Assembly (NCBI GenBank): GCA_044892525.1
Contig: CM097885.1
Coordinates: forward strand, 34,350,001 to 34,414,000
DNA length: 64,000 bases
Source: Schmidtea polychroa
Lineage: Eukaryota
Reading direction: 5' to 3'
In this document: one piece after another, positions 24,975 to 38,267 of the stretch
Layout: each line of letters starts with the position of its first letter
Numbering within the stretch: position 1 is the stretch's first letter
Notes under the pieces: model-generated
Told to the model about the DNA's origin: nothing
What the model saw: only the letters and a program-made list of their open reading frames with translations
The model's database searches: none
Program-made: the position numbers and the translations under genes

Positions 24975-25790
24975 TCAGAAATCAGTTCTAGCCCAACAAT
25001 TATCACTGCTCAATTTCACAAGAACCTCAAGTTGGGTAGCCTTTAGTGGATAGAGTTCATCAATTTTATCAAGAATCGAATTGACTTTATTGATGGTTTC
25101 AGGAAAGATTATGTTGTGTATTTTATCGATCTCTCCTGACAGTTTCCACTGTCGAAGTTTTAAAAGTCTTTCAAGGCAACTAGAGCTATAATATAATGAT
25201 GATGGTATCATATCAACCATGTTGAACGCCCAGCTTTCAATATTTTCCAGTAAAAGTGTTTCATAATCATCTATGCTAGTAATAGAGCACATCAGCAAAG
25301 AATTACGAACGTAGTTGTGGACATAGTCGCCATATGTTCCATTTGTTATGTATTTTAGATCACTTTTTAACTGTAAATAGTTTAGGTAAAATATAATGTC
25401 AACCAATTTTTCAGACGATTTTGGCTGACAGAAAAGAGACTTTAATGTTTTGTCACTCTCAGCTGTGTTATAGAGGTTCAATAAGCCAAGGTTAAACATA
25501 ATATTCGACTCACTCTCAGCACTTGAGACGTCAGAAATTGGTATTTTACACGTTTTGATAAGTTTACCCCCCACAAACGAGATCTCTTTGGGAAACTTTT
25601 TATTTGATTTTAGATCTTGAATTAAATTATTTAGTAATTCAGGATTTTTCTCTATGTTTTCTGTAAAACATAGCTCCTGAATGTCAGGGAATTTCTGATA
25701 AAGATTTTTTAATTCTGATCTTGAAAGAGCTGAGGACTTTAAGGTAATATCCGTATCATCAGCTTCGCAGTTATTTAGGATATCGAGCAT
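24975..25790 (-). CDS. Hypothetical protein, 271 aa from the first ATG (frame open upstream to ~26055)
   Basis: Long stop-free frame with ordinary amino-acid composition in very AT-rich DNA; no recognised motif. Confidence 0.5.
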   Translation of the reverse strand: MLDILNNCEADDTDITLKSSALSRSELKNLYQKFPDIQELCFTENIEKNPELLNNLIQDLKSNKKFPKEISFVGGKLIKTCKIPISDVSSAESESNIMFNLGLLNLYNTAESDKTLKSLFCQPKSSEKLVDIIFYLNYLQLKSDLKYITNGTYGDYVHNYVRNSLLMCSITSIDDYETLLLENIESWAFNMVDMIPSSLYYSSSCLERLLKLRQWKLSGEIDKIHNIIFPETINKVNSILDKIDELYPLKATQLEVLVKLSSDNCWARTDF

Positions 25791-26119
25791 AACAAAGTCC
25801 CCATTAGAGAATTTTATTTTTGATTTTATTAGATAATCAGAAAGTTCACCTCGTTGCTTGATTTCATTTAATATGTTATTTATTTGTACGCCCTTGCACT
25901 TAGTATTTGAAATAGTGGCGGTTCCTGCTAACTTCTGAGGAAGAGCATATAAAAACTTTCTGGTGGTTGGGGGTGCAGAAACATTCTTATTCTTTGTATT
26001 GTGTTCGAGTCCATTAGGAATGTTTTTGTTGGTCTGTTCAGTAAACGATTTACTTTATGGACACTGTTATTTTTCGCAAAATTCAAAGAAACACATATTT
26101 TATGATTTCTATAAAAAGT

Positions 26120-26242
26120 TGAGCTTCCGGGCACGGCGCTTTTTTGTGGTTATTTAAATAAAAACTAACCGTTGATTATTTTTTATATAATAAATATATT
26201 TTTATTTAACTAACCACAAAAAGCGTCCGCGTCGGAAGCTCA
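26120..26242. repeat. 123-bp foldback (imperfect ~45-bp inverted repeat)
   Basis: TGAGCTTCCGGGCACGGCGCTTTTTTGTGGTTATTTAAATAAAAA vs reverse complement of the right arm TGAGCTTCCGACGCGGACGCTTTTTGTGGTTAGTTAAATAAAAA. Confidence 0.85.
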
Positions 26243-27760
26243 TCTGCATTTCTTCATCAAACCTTTGATTTTTCTTAATTAGATTCCCATTTTTAATAAA
26301 AGATCATACGTTTTTGGTACAATTGATACCAAGAAACCCATGATGCATGTTAACATTTCAACCTTGTAATCAGGTTTAACTGTTTGTGTATTTGTTTTTT
26401 GTTTATCATATTTTCCTTAATTTAATTTGTTGACTCGCTCAAAATTAGTTACAGAATCAATTGGACATTTGATTTTTAAACTTTATAATTGTATAGTTCA
26501 ATATTGATATTAATATTGGAATCTCGGAATTGAAAATTTCCAATATGAAAATATCGAAATTGGAAAAACTATCCGATATTGGATTCCCTACTGATGTGAC
26601 TTCTAAAATAATAGTTAATTTTGTTATCAGTAAATCAGCTTTTTAAATTATGAGTTTCAAGATGCATTCTACATCAGTATCATCGGGCAATGAAGTAGAC
26701 GCTGACTTTGACATTTTTAAATTTTAGATTTTCTACTTTCATCCTTTTACTATCAGTAATTTTGGATTCCAAACATGATGCAGCTTCTTCATCAATATCA
26801 GTTGGTAAAAGAATATTTTCTACAATCGAACTTTTTTCTTGATTAGAGATACCAACGTTATCTGTGAATTCGACAGAGTTAGCTGGTTCTTGGCAAGTTA
26901 TCAGAGATTCAATAAAATCTAAGATAACCAAACTTATTTCCATAGTACAGATTTTTTGACATTTCATTGGTATCTGGAAGTCGTCTCTATTTTTAAGTAG
27001 AAATTTTTTTTAAATCTCTAATAATGAAATATAATATTCTTTTTTAAATCTTTTTTTATGCTATTTATCTGTACCCCCTTGTTTTTAATATTTTATATAG
27101 TGGCTGTGCCAGGTAATTTCTGAGAAAGATCAAATTAAAACTGCTTGATGATTGGGGACACAGAGACATATTTATTCTTTGTGTTGGATCGCTTAGGGGT
27201 ATGTCAGGTTTAAATGTGACAGGGGTACTGATAGCTACTTGGGTGACTCCTTCCTAAATGACCACATGATATTTGTACTTTATATCATCTCTGTACCTAT
27301 GGCGACGACCATATTGGTGCTATACACAATGGCTGAGAATCCATGAGCAGGTGAGCTCTATTGCTAAAACTACTCATGATATTTTTATTTTCGAGTTCTG
27401 GACTGCCGATATAAGGTCTTACGTCATTGTTCATTAGCTATTCCTTTCTTCGATTTTTGTTATTGTATTCATTTAATTGTGGTCCTCATTTCTGGATGTT
27501 TGTTACTGTCATCTTAAAACATTTGCGCAGAGTGTTTTCGCTGTCTAACAATGTTAACTTTAACTCAATTTTCAATCAGTATTTTTACTGATTTTGATTG
27601 AATTCTCTCCCACTAGATCCAATCAGAATGCAGTAAAATTTGAATAACTTTTGCATGCATGCATGAGTGTGTGTAATTATTAATTTAAGTGATTTAATTA
27701 ATTAATTTATTTAATTTTTATTAATTTCAATAATTTAATTTTGTATATTTTATAATTTAA

Positions 27761-28006
27761 CCGTTTTTCGGACGGTAGGCCATCAGTGCTGGCCTTAAAG
27801 GGCTTATACGATAGCGGACGGTAGGCCAGCACAGCTGGCCACGAATTTTGTTCCAGACGTTCTACAATGTATAATGGCCAGCTGTGCTGGCCAAACTTTA
27901 AAAATAATCATACCACGTTATTGGGAATTCGTATACTAAATGATTTTATGCTAAAAAATAATAAATTAAAATACTTCTTTTTAAAATTAATTCCGTCCGC
28001 AAACGG
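27761..28006. mobile_element. piggyBac-type MITE, 246 bp
   Basis: TTAA on both flanks; TIRs CCGTTTTTCGGACGG / CCGTCCGCAAACGG; three internal GGCCAGCACAGCTGGCC-like repeats. Confidence 0.85.
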
Positions 28007-29197
28007 TTAAATAATTTAAGCTAATTTTATTTTAATTTTCCTTAACTTTAACCATTTAGTTCTAATATAATTTTCTTTATAATTTACATAATGTTAACTA
28101 ATCTTATTTTAATTTTTTATTATTTTTAACGATTTAATCTTATAAATTTTATAATTTACATAATTTCAACTAATTTTATTTTAATTTTTATTATTTATCA
28201 GTTCTACTGAAATTTCTTTAGTGTCAATTTTTAAATGTATTTATTTCTTTATTTTATTTCATTTAATTTTCACGTAAATTTTTCCTGTTTCTTTTCTTAA
28301 AGTATGCACTTATTGTCATTGCTCCTTCATATGTAAATATGACCAATAATCCTTATTAAAATTTCTTTTCATATTATTATTTAATTTATTATCAACTATC
28401 TTATTTATTTTTATTTTGTTTTCTAGTTGGCCGATTTTTCGAATGCGATATTTCCCTTAACTGTGTTGGATATTGCAACTTCTTGCGTTTTACGTGTTTT
28501 ACTTATTCTCACTGTGTTAGGTACTTTATTTTGTATTATTTGGTGTATGATCATAAATTTTCATTCAACTTGGTGCGGTTTTATTGCTATGTATTTTCAA
28601 TTCATTAAAACAAGTTTTCAATTTTGGGTTCTAGTCCAAAATTTGTGTTGAAAATTTTTTCAATCATTGACTCTTTTAGAAATGACTTTATTGATCTATT
28701 TTTTTTGATAGATTTACGATTGGAACTTAGTTAACTGTAGAAAAATTCAAAGAAATACAGATGTTGTGATTTCAATAAAAGAATTTCGAAAATCCAGCTA
28801 TTTTTAAAGGGTTTCCAGCTTGGGTGAGAAGTTCAGCATTAATAACATTTTGTCTTTATTTCAAGTATGCTTTCAAGTTTTATATTTATAAATTATTTGT
28901 CCCTAATGTTTGGCTTAACGTACCGAAATTTATACGGATAATTGAGTTACTGGTGAAATCAAACCTTATTAATTTGAGGTAATGAACATGACTTTATTTT
29001 CAAGGATATGTATTAAAGTGATTTAAATTATGTTTCATTTTAAAAATTAACAAAAATGATATTTTTGAAGGTCATTTATTTTAATAAGTATGCAAGATTA
29101 CAACTGAAATTGACGTTATTATCAAAACAAATGAAAAGTGCGCGTTCCGTAGCACATATATTCACATATATTTGAAATAAAACTGAAAATAACAAAA

Positions 29198-30718
29198 ATG
29201 AATACAATTATTGGAGTAATATTTGTGTTCGTTTTATTACTTGTCAAACATTTCTACAAGCGGAAATCCCATCCACCCGGTCCGTTAGGATTTCCCATTG
29301 TTGGGATGATCCCTTATTCCATAATAAAAATTATCCTTCCCAACTTAATGAAAAATATATCAGAATGTGAATATTTAAATTAAATGAAACAGAAATATGG
29401 AAACATTTGGTCAATCGAGTCTTGTGGTCAACGAATTATTACCTTAGCTTCGTTTGATATTGTTCATGAAGCATTGGTTGATAATGGAATGATGTTTTCT
29501 GGGTGTGCACAAAATTCACTTGTGGAATTATATGGAAAAAAATGTGGAATACTTTTTATTGATGGGGACATATGGAAACGAAACCGTCATTCGACTCTAA
29601 AAGCTTTACGAAATCTCGGAATGGGCTCAACAATAATGGAGAAACTGATTTGTGAACATGCAGATTGTTTAATAATAAATTTGAAACAAAAATCCGGAAC
29701 TCAAAATGATCCTAGTAAAGAATTTATTAAAGTGATTTCAAATATTATTAATATTGTGAACTTTAACGAACCTAACGAGGAGAATGATCCGAAATTTGAG
29801 AAATATATTTTAGAACTCAAATTCGTTGCTAATTCAAATTTAAAACACATAATATTTCTATGGCCATGGTTTTTTCTGTCAAAGCTAGGAAGATTTCTTT
29901 TTCCAAAAATCGAAGAATACGTCAACGCAATTGACATTAATAGACGTTTGGTTGCTGACAAGTGCATGAGTCGATTGAAAGTTTTCAATGAGTCTTCTAA
30001 TTCAAAATGTGTATTTGACTACATTTGGAAGAATACGATTCTGAATGAAGATCTGAAAGACCAAAGTTATGATATGAAGCTATTGAATGTCATTCAAATA
30101 ATGACAGATCTTCAAAATGCTGGAACAGAAACTACGTATAATCTTTTGAAATTCTGTTGTTTATTGTTAGGTCGTTATCCTGATGCCCAGAAAGAACTGA
30201 GAAACGAATTGCATAATTTGGTTGACGATTCAACTCAAATAACACTGAATTTGAAAAATAAATGTCCCAAATTGCTTTCATTTATTGATGAAGTGCACCG
30301 ATTCTGCAATTTGGCACCAAAGGTTGGTCATAGAGTTATGGGGAAATGCATCTTTCGAGGGTTTGAATTTGATCCTAGTGATATCATTTTTGCAGATTTA
30401 AATTCGATAATGTTTGATGAGAATTATTTTAATAATCCTCAGCTGTTTGATCCTTATAGGTTTTTAGATGATACGAGAACGGAATATGTCCCAAGCAAAT
30501 ATTTGATTCCATTTGGAATTGGGAAAAGGGCATGTATTGGAGAAAACCTAGCAAATATGGAACTATTTTTGATTTTATCACGAATAATTACCGAATTTCA
30601 TATTTCATTATCCGATGAAACGAAAAAACATTTTGAGAAGATATTGGAAGGAGAAACTGGTATTATGCATAGCTCTTTATACCATGAATTGATCTTTCAT
30701 TCTTTATGCAAAATTTAA
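29198..30718 (+). pseudogene. Intronless cytochrome P450 (CYP2-clan-like) split by an in-frame TAA at 29381-29383
   Basis: N-terminal membrane anchor, PPGPLGFPIVG hinge, KYG, WxxxR (WKRNR), AGTETT I-helix, EVHR (ExxR), FDPYRF, and heme motif FGIGKRACIG. The two ORFs are contiguous and in frame. Confidence 0.9.
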
Positions 30719-30907
30719 AGTTTTACAAAATGTTTATCAGAGAACACATTCTAAAAACCTTTTTGATTTATCATTTAGATTTTATTTAATTTTTAAATTA
30801 TTTTATAACTTCTTAAAATTGCTGCTCTTGTAATGTTAGTACTCATTTATTCTACAGTTATTGAAAAATGAAAATTTATATTTCAAACTTTTGTCTATAT
30901 TGTTTAA

Positions 30908-31131
30908 CTTCTTAACGGTCCAATTTCTCCGGGAAAAACGTTTCAAAAAAGGTCGTATTTTTTTATAATCAATAATGAAAGACTAAGTTATAAGGATGTT
31001 ATCCATAAGAAAATTTCATCAAAATCTTATATGGTTCAAAAAATATTGATATGAAGCCTGTCCGTATATATATGGGATAATCCAAAAATCCAAATCCTAT
31101 ATATATATATACGGGTTAAACCGTTAAGAGG
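30908..31131. mobile_element. piggyBac-type MITE, 224 bp
   Basis: TTAA flanks (30904-30907, 31132-31135); TIRs CTTCTTAACGGT / ACCGTTAAGAGG. Confidence 0.8.
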
Positions 31132-31212
31132 TTAAACTTGTTTCATAATAAATAGAGGCATAAAATGTTGTTATGTAACAATATCTTAATAAAACATTGT
31201 CAATATATAGTC

Positions 31213-31645
31213 CAATGTTTACCAACCTTTTTTGGATCACGGTACACTAAGTATATCGGAAAATTTTGGCAACACCAAACATTTTCAAGAAATATGAAGG
31301 AAACTTTTTATTTTTACATTTTTGTTCAGTGTGAAGGTTGAGTACCAACAGAAGCTTCGAAACGAATTTAAATGAAAAAGGCATTCAAATATAATGTCAC
31401 TTGAAACAACTTCAAAATATACGAGCAGTTATAGAGAAACACAATACGTTGCCAGAATTGAAGTATAATCTAATACTTCAATTTAAATTCCTGTTAAGTC
31501 AACGGTGTTATAGTGTAATTTTTATGTAATTAAAAAGTTATAAAATATATTCGCATGAGCTAGCTGTGTAGTTTCAGAATTCATAAACCCTAGAAATTTT
31601 GGATATTTTTCAAAAATCTGGCGGTACACAGGTTGGGAAACACTG
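31213..31645. mobile_element. hAT (Charlie/Buster-type) MITE, 433 bp
   Basis: TIRs CAATGTTTACCAACCT / AGGTTGGGAAACACTG; 8-bp TSD ATATAGTC / ATATTGTC (7 of 8 match). Confidence 0.85.
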
Positions 31646-34600
31646 ATATTGTCAGGACAATTAACCAATCAGATTTGATTTTTTAAAAGAACCTAGATGT
31701 AAAAGTTTGAAAATATATTGAAATCTTTATAAAATTGAAAACATTTTATAATTTTCTATTTGCTAATATTTTGTGTAAATCAATCATTCAAGATTATTTG
31801 GTATCGATTAAAAATATGCTGAAAGATACTCAAAATGTACATGTTCCTAGTATATTTCTTAAGAATTTTCGAAAAATTACAAATATATTCATATTTTACT
31901 TAGAGTTTGTTTAATGTTGCTCCATGCTCGTCAAATTTATGAGGAACTAATTCGAAATAACCCAATGGAAGAACCTTAGGGATATTTTAAATTTATGCCG
32001 ATTTAAATTTAAATCGATACACCAATAGACATAGAATGCCTAATAAAAATGAGGACTGTTGGGCAAAAGCAGAAAAATTGAGAGCTTTTTTAAATGAATC
32101 AGAAATACATAGAATAGAAACCACATCAAATAATACTAAGTAAAGAACACAACACATTGAGGATAAATAAAATACGTATAATAAAAATGCTAAACGCAAG
32201 AAGTTTCAATAACCAACATAGTTAAGAAAGAAACAAAGCAATTGTAAAATCTGTCAACTCGAAAATAATAGGAAAGATAGACAAATTAAGAATGATTAAG
32301 AATGATTATTGATCGTATTTACCATAATCAAATTAATAATTAATGTTATGGCTCATATTTACATACAAAAGAGCTCTATCAGAAAATGCAGAATTAACGA
32401 AAAAGAATAAGAAAAATTTATTTAAAATTAATTGTAACTAAATTCACTGTAAAATCGCCAAAAAATAGTGAAATAAAATAAAAAATAAAATTATTAAATA
32501 ATTCGATAGTTTAAAAAATTAATTAAATATCAAAATTCATGCAAATCAAATCTGGCAGCACTCCTGTATATGTACAGCCAATCAAAAATTTCAACATTCT
32601 GATTTTACAGTGGCAGCAAATGTGTAGACGAATAACGAAAATCAGTATAAATACCGGCTGAAATTTCAGTTTTTCAATTTGTGGTAGTACTGGTTAAAAC
32701 TAGTTTATGTTTTGTCAGTTTTTCGGCAATTTGTATTTAATGTTATGATTTGTGGGGAAATGTATTATAGTGTAATGTAATCTTTAAGTTAATAAAGTTT
32801 TAAGTTCATTTTTTTTCACTTTTTATTGTTTTTCTATGATTCTTAATAATATTTTTGTGATAGCACGAAAAATATTCCTTTTAAACGAGTTTGGTTGCCG
32901 CCAAAGCTGGGTAAATGAAGCCAAAAGCGGAGTTCTTCGAAACTGTGAGGGTTACTCTAACTAGGTCGCCAAATGTTCCAAAGGATGACGTGTGAATTAA
33001 TTCTTGGAAGATAATATTGAATAACACCATTTTATTGAAGAAAATTTAGGGAAAAAAATTTGAAATGGGAAATAAAGGCGGATTCCTACGCAAAATTTTA
33101 TATGTTAACATTGAATAGTATCAGGTAAAGAGGACCATAATTAAATGAACAAAAGGGAGTAGTAATCTAAGAAGAGGATAGGTAATGAAAAGCAACGTAA
33201 AACTTTCTATCGGCAGTCATGAACCCGAAAATGAAAATTCAAAAAGTACTCCTAGTAGCGGAATGTATACATTACCAACATGGTTTTCCCATGGGTATAT
33301 TGATGGTAAAAATGTAAAATAATCATGAAGGTGTTTAGGGAAGAATCGATGCCAAATATATAAATAACTAGAGAAAATTTAAATGACATCCCATAATCGC
33401 CAACATTGTGGCAACTTCAAATTTCTACAACACTAAATATATACAAAATTATATTCAGCCAAAAATATGTTTGAATATATATGTATACCTAATAAAGACA
33501 TTTTTCGGTAATGGTTGTAGGTATTTTTCATCAATTTCCTATGCATTTAAAGAAAATTATCACACTTGTTCTAGTAGAATGGTTCTGAAATTAAAATACT
33601 ATATGGTAAGAAATGACATGCATAATAAACCTCCATGTACAAAATAAGATTTATTAATACTAAAAACTGATTATCCGTCTGGAGGAAGTATTTATATTGT
33701 AAGTTTCTTGAGCATGATACACACTGCATCAATAAAAATATATAAAATCTTTGACATTTAGACATTATAATAAGACATACAAATTCAGCATGCAATGATA
33801 TTATTTCAAATAGTATTTAAAGTTATTTAAAGTTATCTTAGATCTCAGCTCATTCATTCCAAATTTTTAATTTTCGATTTACCATTCTGAAATTCGATCA
33901 TTAAACTTCTGTCATACAACCTCATTATTATTTTACCTGGACACCCAAATTTATCTTCATTTTCATTTGCCACATGTTTTCTTTACCATAACAACATTCC
34001 CGACATTGACAATTCGATTTGGTCTTACTTTATTGAAATACAATTCATCTTCCATATTTCTTTGTATTCGTTTTTGTAACTCTAATCTTTCTGATTTACG
34101 CTTTTTCATTATTAATTGTAGTTCACATGGTTCGTCATTTTCATACTGTTCTCTGGCAATCTTTTCCCCAAATACAATTTTAGAGGACTCAACGGAGTAG
34201 TTTTCTGAATTGTTGCATTGATGAAATAGGTATTATATATGGTTACCCTACAGAGATGATATTGGGATTCAAGATATCGATAATGAGCAATGGCAATTAT
34301 CTAATGAATTATTTAAAATTTGTTGGTTATTTATGTGATCATTAACTTAATCGATTGATTTTGATGTATATTGTATTTATTGTTATTGATTTTCTGGTGT
34401 AGTTTGATTCATTTTGATAATAGAAATTGACGATAACATAATTTAAATTAACAATAAAATCCACTTTAATATAAATAATATCTATTAACTAAAGCTCTAT
34501 TAGGATTTATTTGTTTTTCTATTATTTTTGACAGTAGACGTCTTTGTAAAATTGGCAGTCATTACACACAACCAATATTCTAAAAATTACAATAAAGTGT

Positions 34601-34721
34601 CAATCACTACAGATCATAATAATAATAATAAACAATTTGAAAAAATCTGAGAAATCTGAACAACCTAAAATTTGAACTAAGTTTTCAATATACAAATATA
34701 TCACAAGTAATACAAACTATA

Positions 34722-34722
<1 letters not shown>

Positions 34723-34783
<61 letters not shown>

Positions 34784-34804
34784 GAAGAAGAAGAAGAAGA
34801 AGAA
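34723..34804. repeat. Compound (AAT)n(AAG)n microsatellite
   Basis: Read directly from the sequence. Confidence 0.95.
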
Positions 34805-35457
34805 TTATACACATTATTATAGTCATAGTTCTATTAATATACTATGTATTTATTCCGCCAGCGATAAAATTAATAATAATGATGATAATAACAATAATTT
34901 GAAAATAATAAATCACAAATGTGCATGTGAGGATGATACAAAGTCAAATCAAAACAATTATAATATATAATTATTATAACGATGCATAGATATTAACTCG
35001 TACACGGAATTAACGGTAAATTGAATTAAGAAAATAATGAATGTATATAAAATAGTTTTGGCTGTACATTCTTTCATCACACTAGATTTCACTTATGTCT
35101 TGATAAAATCGTTCATCTTGCTAATCATATACATCACCCTGGTTTTCATTGAAAATTAAAATGACAATCCATAAAGTAAAGTTTGAGTTTCATAGTTCAT
35201 CATTTTCTTTATCAAAGATTCAAAATTTTTCAACTTTATGCCGTCCAAGAAAATCATTGCAAACATTTCGAATACATCCGATTTTTGAACTGGTATTAAA
35301 TGGTCATTAAAGCGCTGCTAGGAAAGCAGCTGTCTGTACTAGGTCCAGATGAAAACACATTCTGTTACATTTGCATATCTCGATTTGGGGAATTTCAGCT
35401 TCAAAATTTTCATTGCGTAACAATTAATTAATTAATTAATTTCAAAAAACTATTCAA

Positions 35458-36440
35458 CCCTTTAACTACGTTATATGAAGTCCAGTGTATTTTGGTAACG
35501 AAAAATATTATAACATGAAAATAATTATGAAACGGCCTTGTAAGTTTTTTTCATGGTGTGTTTTGATGATAAAATTTTTCCTTTAAATTTAAAAAATGAT
35601 TTCCTGAAAATAGTCAATTATTTTAATTACTTTTCAATTTTCAAACCCTATTATGATTGTAAACGAAGATTCCAGTGATTTTACAATAGATGATTCATCT
35701 GAAAATTATGTAGATATACGGGGAGAAACAATTGATAATGGGGATCAACAAGATGATGTTGATTATGGAGCATTGTTTGAAGAACTAAAGAACTTAGAAT
35801 GGAATAAGGAGAACCACACCCCAAAGACATATTACTGTGATGATTCACAACCTGGGCCAACTGAAAGTTTTAATGTTGAAAACAATGACGACGAATAAAA
35901 TTATTTTTTTAAATATTTTGATTTAGATCTCTTGGAACTAATAGTAAATGAAACAAATAGATATGCCGAAATTACGATCGCTAATGGATCAACAGAGATT
36001 GAGAATAATCGATGGAGATGGAGTGTAAGTAATGGAGATGGAAAATTAGGGGCAGTCAATTTCATGGAAAGACATTATTTAGATTATATTCCAGGAACAA
36101 TGACGAATTTTAAGGGACCCAGAAGGTGTGAAGTATGTGCTAAAACTAATATTGGAACACGAACAAAAACTATTGTTCAAACTAATCTCTAGGGTGTAAA
36201 GTGGAATCGGAAATGTTATAAAATCTACTACAAGAACCAGTTTTTGAATAAAATAAGTATTTGTGAAAATATTTTTAGCTGTTAAAAAAATAGTTTTATT
36301 AATTAGAATTTATGTTATATCCTGTTATATTATGCTATATTATGCTATATTCGGTTATATTATGTTATATTTTGTTATATTATGTTATATTATATATTCT
36401 GATATTATTTTATATTCTGTTATATTCTGTGTTAGATATA
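35458..36440 (+). mobile_element. Internally deleted piggyBac transposon remnant
   Basis: CCCTTT-type left end; acidic N-terminus; FFKYFDLDLLELIVNETNRYA motif fused almost directly to the C-terminal H...RRCEVC cysteine-rich domain; catalytic core missing. The 10-bp TGTTATATT(A/C) tail repeat resumes at ~39650. Confidence 0.75.
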
Positions 36441-36826
36441 GTATGTGTTAGATGACAGAGGCAGAGTCATCGGAAATTTTGAGCTCACAAAATATTATAG
36501 AACAGGAGCTAACAAATACACCAAACACCATTGAGAACCGTTTCCTGTAATATAACAAAAAAAATCAATAATCTTACATTATAGAAACATAAATACTTAA
36601 TTTGATTTCACGTTGATGTTCTCATTTATAGCTCAGTGAGATACATCTTATACTATAGAAATCTGAAAAGTGTAAGAAAAATTAAAAACTGCACACAAAC
36701 GCAACACATATTAAAAAATACATACAAACTTTTGATTCGTAGAAATGTAACGATGAGATACGTTTCTATAATAACTTTATTTTAAACAATTTTTAGTAAA
36801 ATAAGATCGTTGAAAATTTTTAAAAT

Positions 36827-37793
36827 TGTTGAGGATACCTAAATAATAATTCATGAAGAAATAAATAAAATTACCTGGGGGAAGATCGCCATGACAAACG
36901 GGACGATCTATAGAGACTCAGAAAAGAAAACAAAAGTGAAGAGAAATCAAAAATGAGAAAGAGAAAGGAAATAAAAGTTATCAAACAGGAAAATAAAAAT
37001 CAAGGTCAGTACTAATTAATTAGTACAAAAAGGAATTTTGAAATCAGGGAAAAAGGAAAACAAAAATATCCTTATCTCGACAGCTTGCGAGTGATAATAG
37101 AATTGATGGGAGAAGGCGGCCAAACAAGAAAGGGAAAAGGGAAAAACAACTTGACAGCTATCAGAGATAAAAATGGGACAGTCGGGAAAAGCAGGAGATG
37201 GAAAGTGGAAAAACACTCGATTATCTGGAGTGCCACAAGAGAAGCAAATTATATAAGGGAAAACTGGTGAACATGAAATTAGAACCAAAGGGAGAAACGA
37301 TTCGGAAGACGATTTGAGAGACGATTTGAGAAATAGAATTATTGAGGAAAATTAAACATTGGATGAAACTTTGTTGGACAAACGATTGTCAAAGTAATTG
37401 TAAAGGAAATAATTGTGGAAAATAATTATTGGAGAAGAGGTGAAGAGAAGAATTAGCTGAATAACAAAACAAAAAAAAAGTTATTGATTATTTGAATAAA
37501 GTTTGAAAGAAAGTCAAGGAAAACAACCAGCTCAAAATCCCAGTTTAGAAACCAATCAGTGATTGTGATCTTTTAATCCGGTGTTATACACAAGTGCTAT
37601 TCCTCACCGAGTGTTGTAATAAGCATTGTATAGTCACCAAGTAGAGTGTTGAATTTATCGTCAGTGTCAAGTGAAAGTTTATTTGTGATTATCAATAAAG
37701 ATTTCTGTTGTCAAGTGTTAATTGTGAATTATATAAAGACACGCTTGGAGTCAGAGGAACATTAAATTTTATCACCAACTCAATAACCCAACA
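36827..37793 (+). mobile_element. Probable solo LTR, 967 bp
   Basis: TGTTG...CAACA ends, AAAT on both flanks, TATATAAGGG at ~37250 and AATAAA at ~37694. Confidence 0.6.
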
Positions 37794-37990
37794 AAATTAT
37801 ATTTTTAATGAAAATATCAAGAGCAGATGAATTTGGTTCAATATCTTTATACTTCAGATTTGATTTCCTTAAAGATTCCCCTCATATTGAGCTCAGAAAA
37901 AAAATTACAAAAATTAAAAACATTATTTTAATCAGCGATTTTTCCCAAAACGTTTTAAAAAATACATATTTTTGGGATTGATTTATTTAT

Positions 37991-38267
37991 TTAATTAATT
38001 ATAATTAAAAATATATCGAAATAATTCCAAGATAAATGTCATAAAATTCCTAAAAAAAACCCTGAAAATTAATTAAAAATAATTTATAATTACATTGTTG
38101 ATTAAAAGTAATATTTAAGAACTTAATTTTAATTTTAATTAATTATAATTAAAAATATATCGAAATAATTCCAAGATAAATGTCATAAAATTCCTAAAAA
38201 AACCCTGAAAATTAATTAAAAATAATTTATAATTACATTGTTGATTAAAAGTAATATTTAAGAACTT
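37991..38267. repeat. Recent tandem duplication, ~143-bp period, 2 copies
   Basis: TTAATTAATTATAATTAAAAATATATCGAAATAATTCC...TTTAAGAACTT occurs twice, near identical. Confidence 0.92.

Noticed and set aside
32340..34200. Possible LTR and integrase C-terminal remnants
   Set aside because: TATA/AATAAA-like signals and a VGNVVMVK peptide are suggestive, but no paired ends, TSD or clear motif could be fixed.
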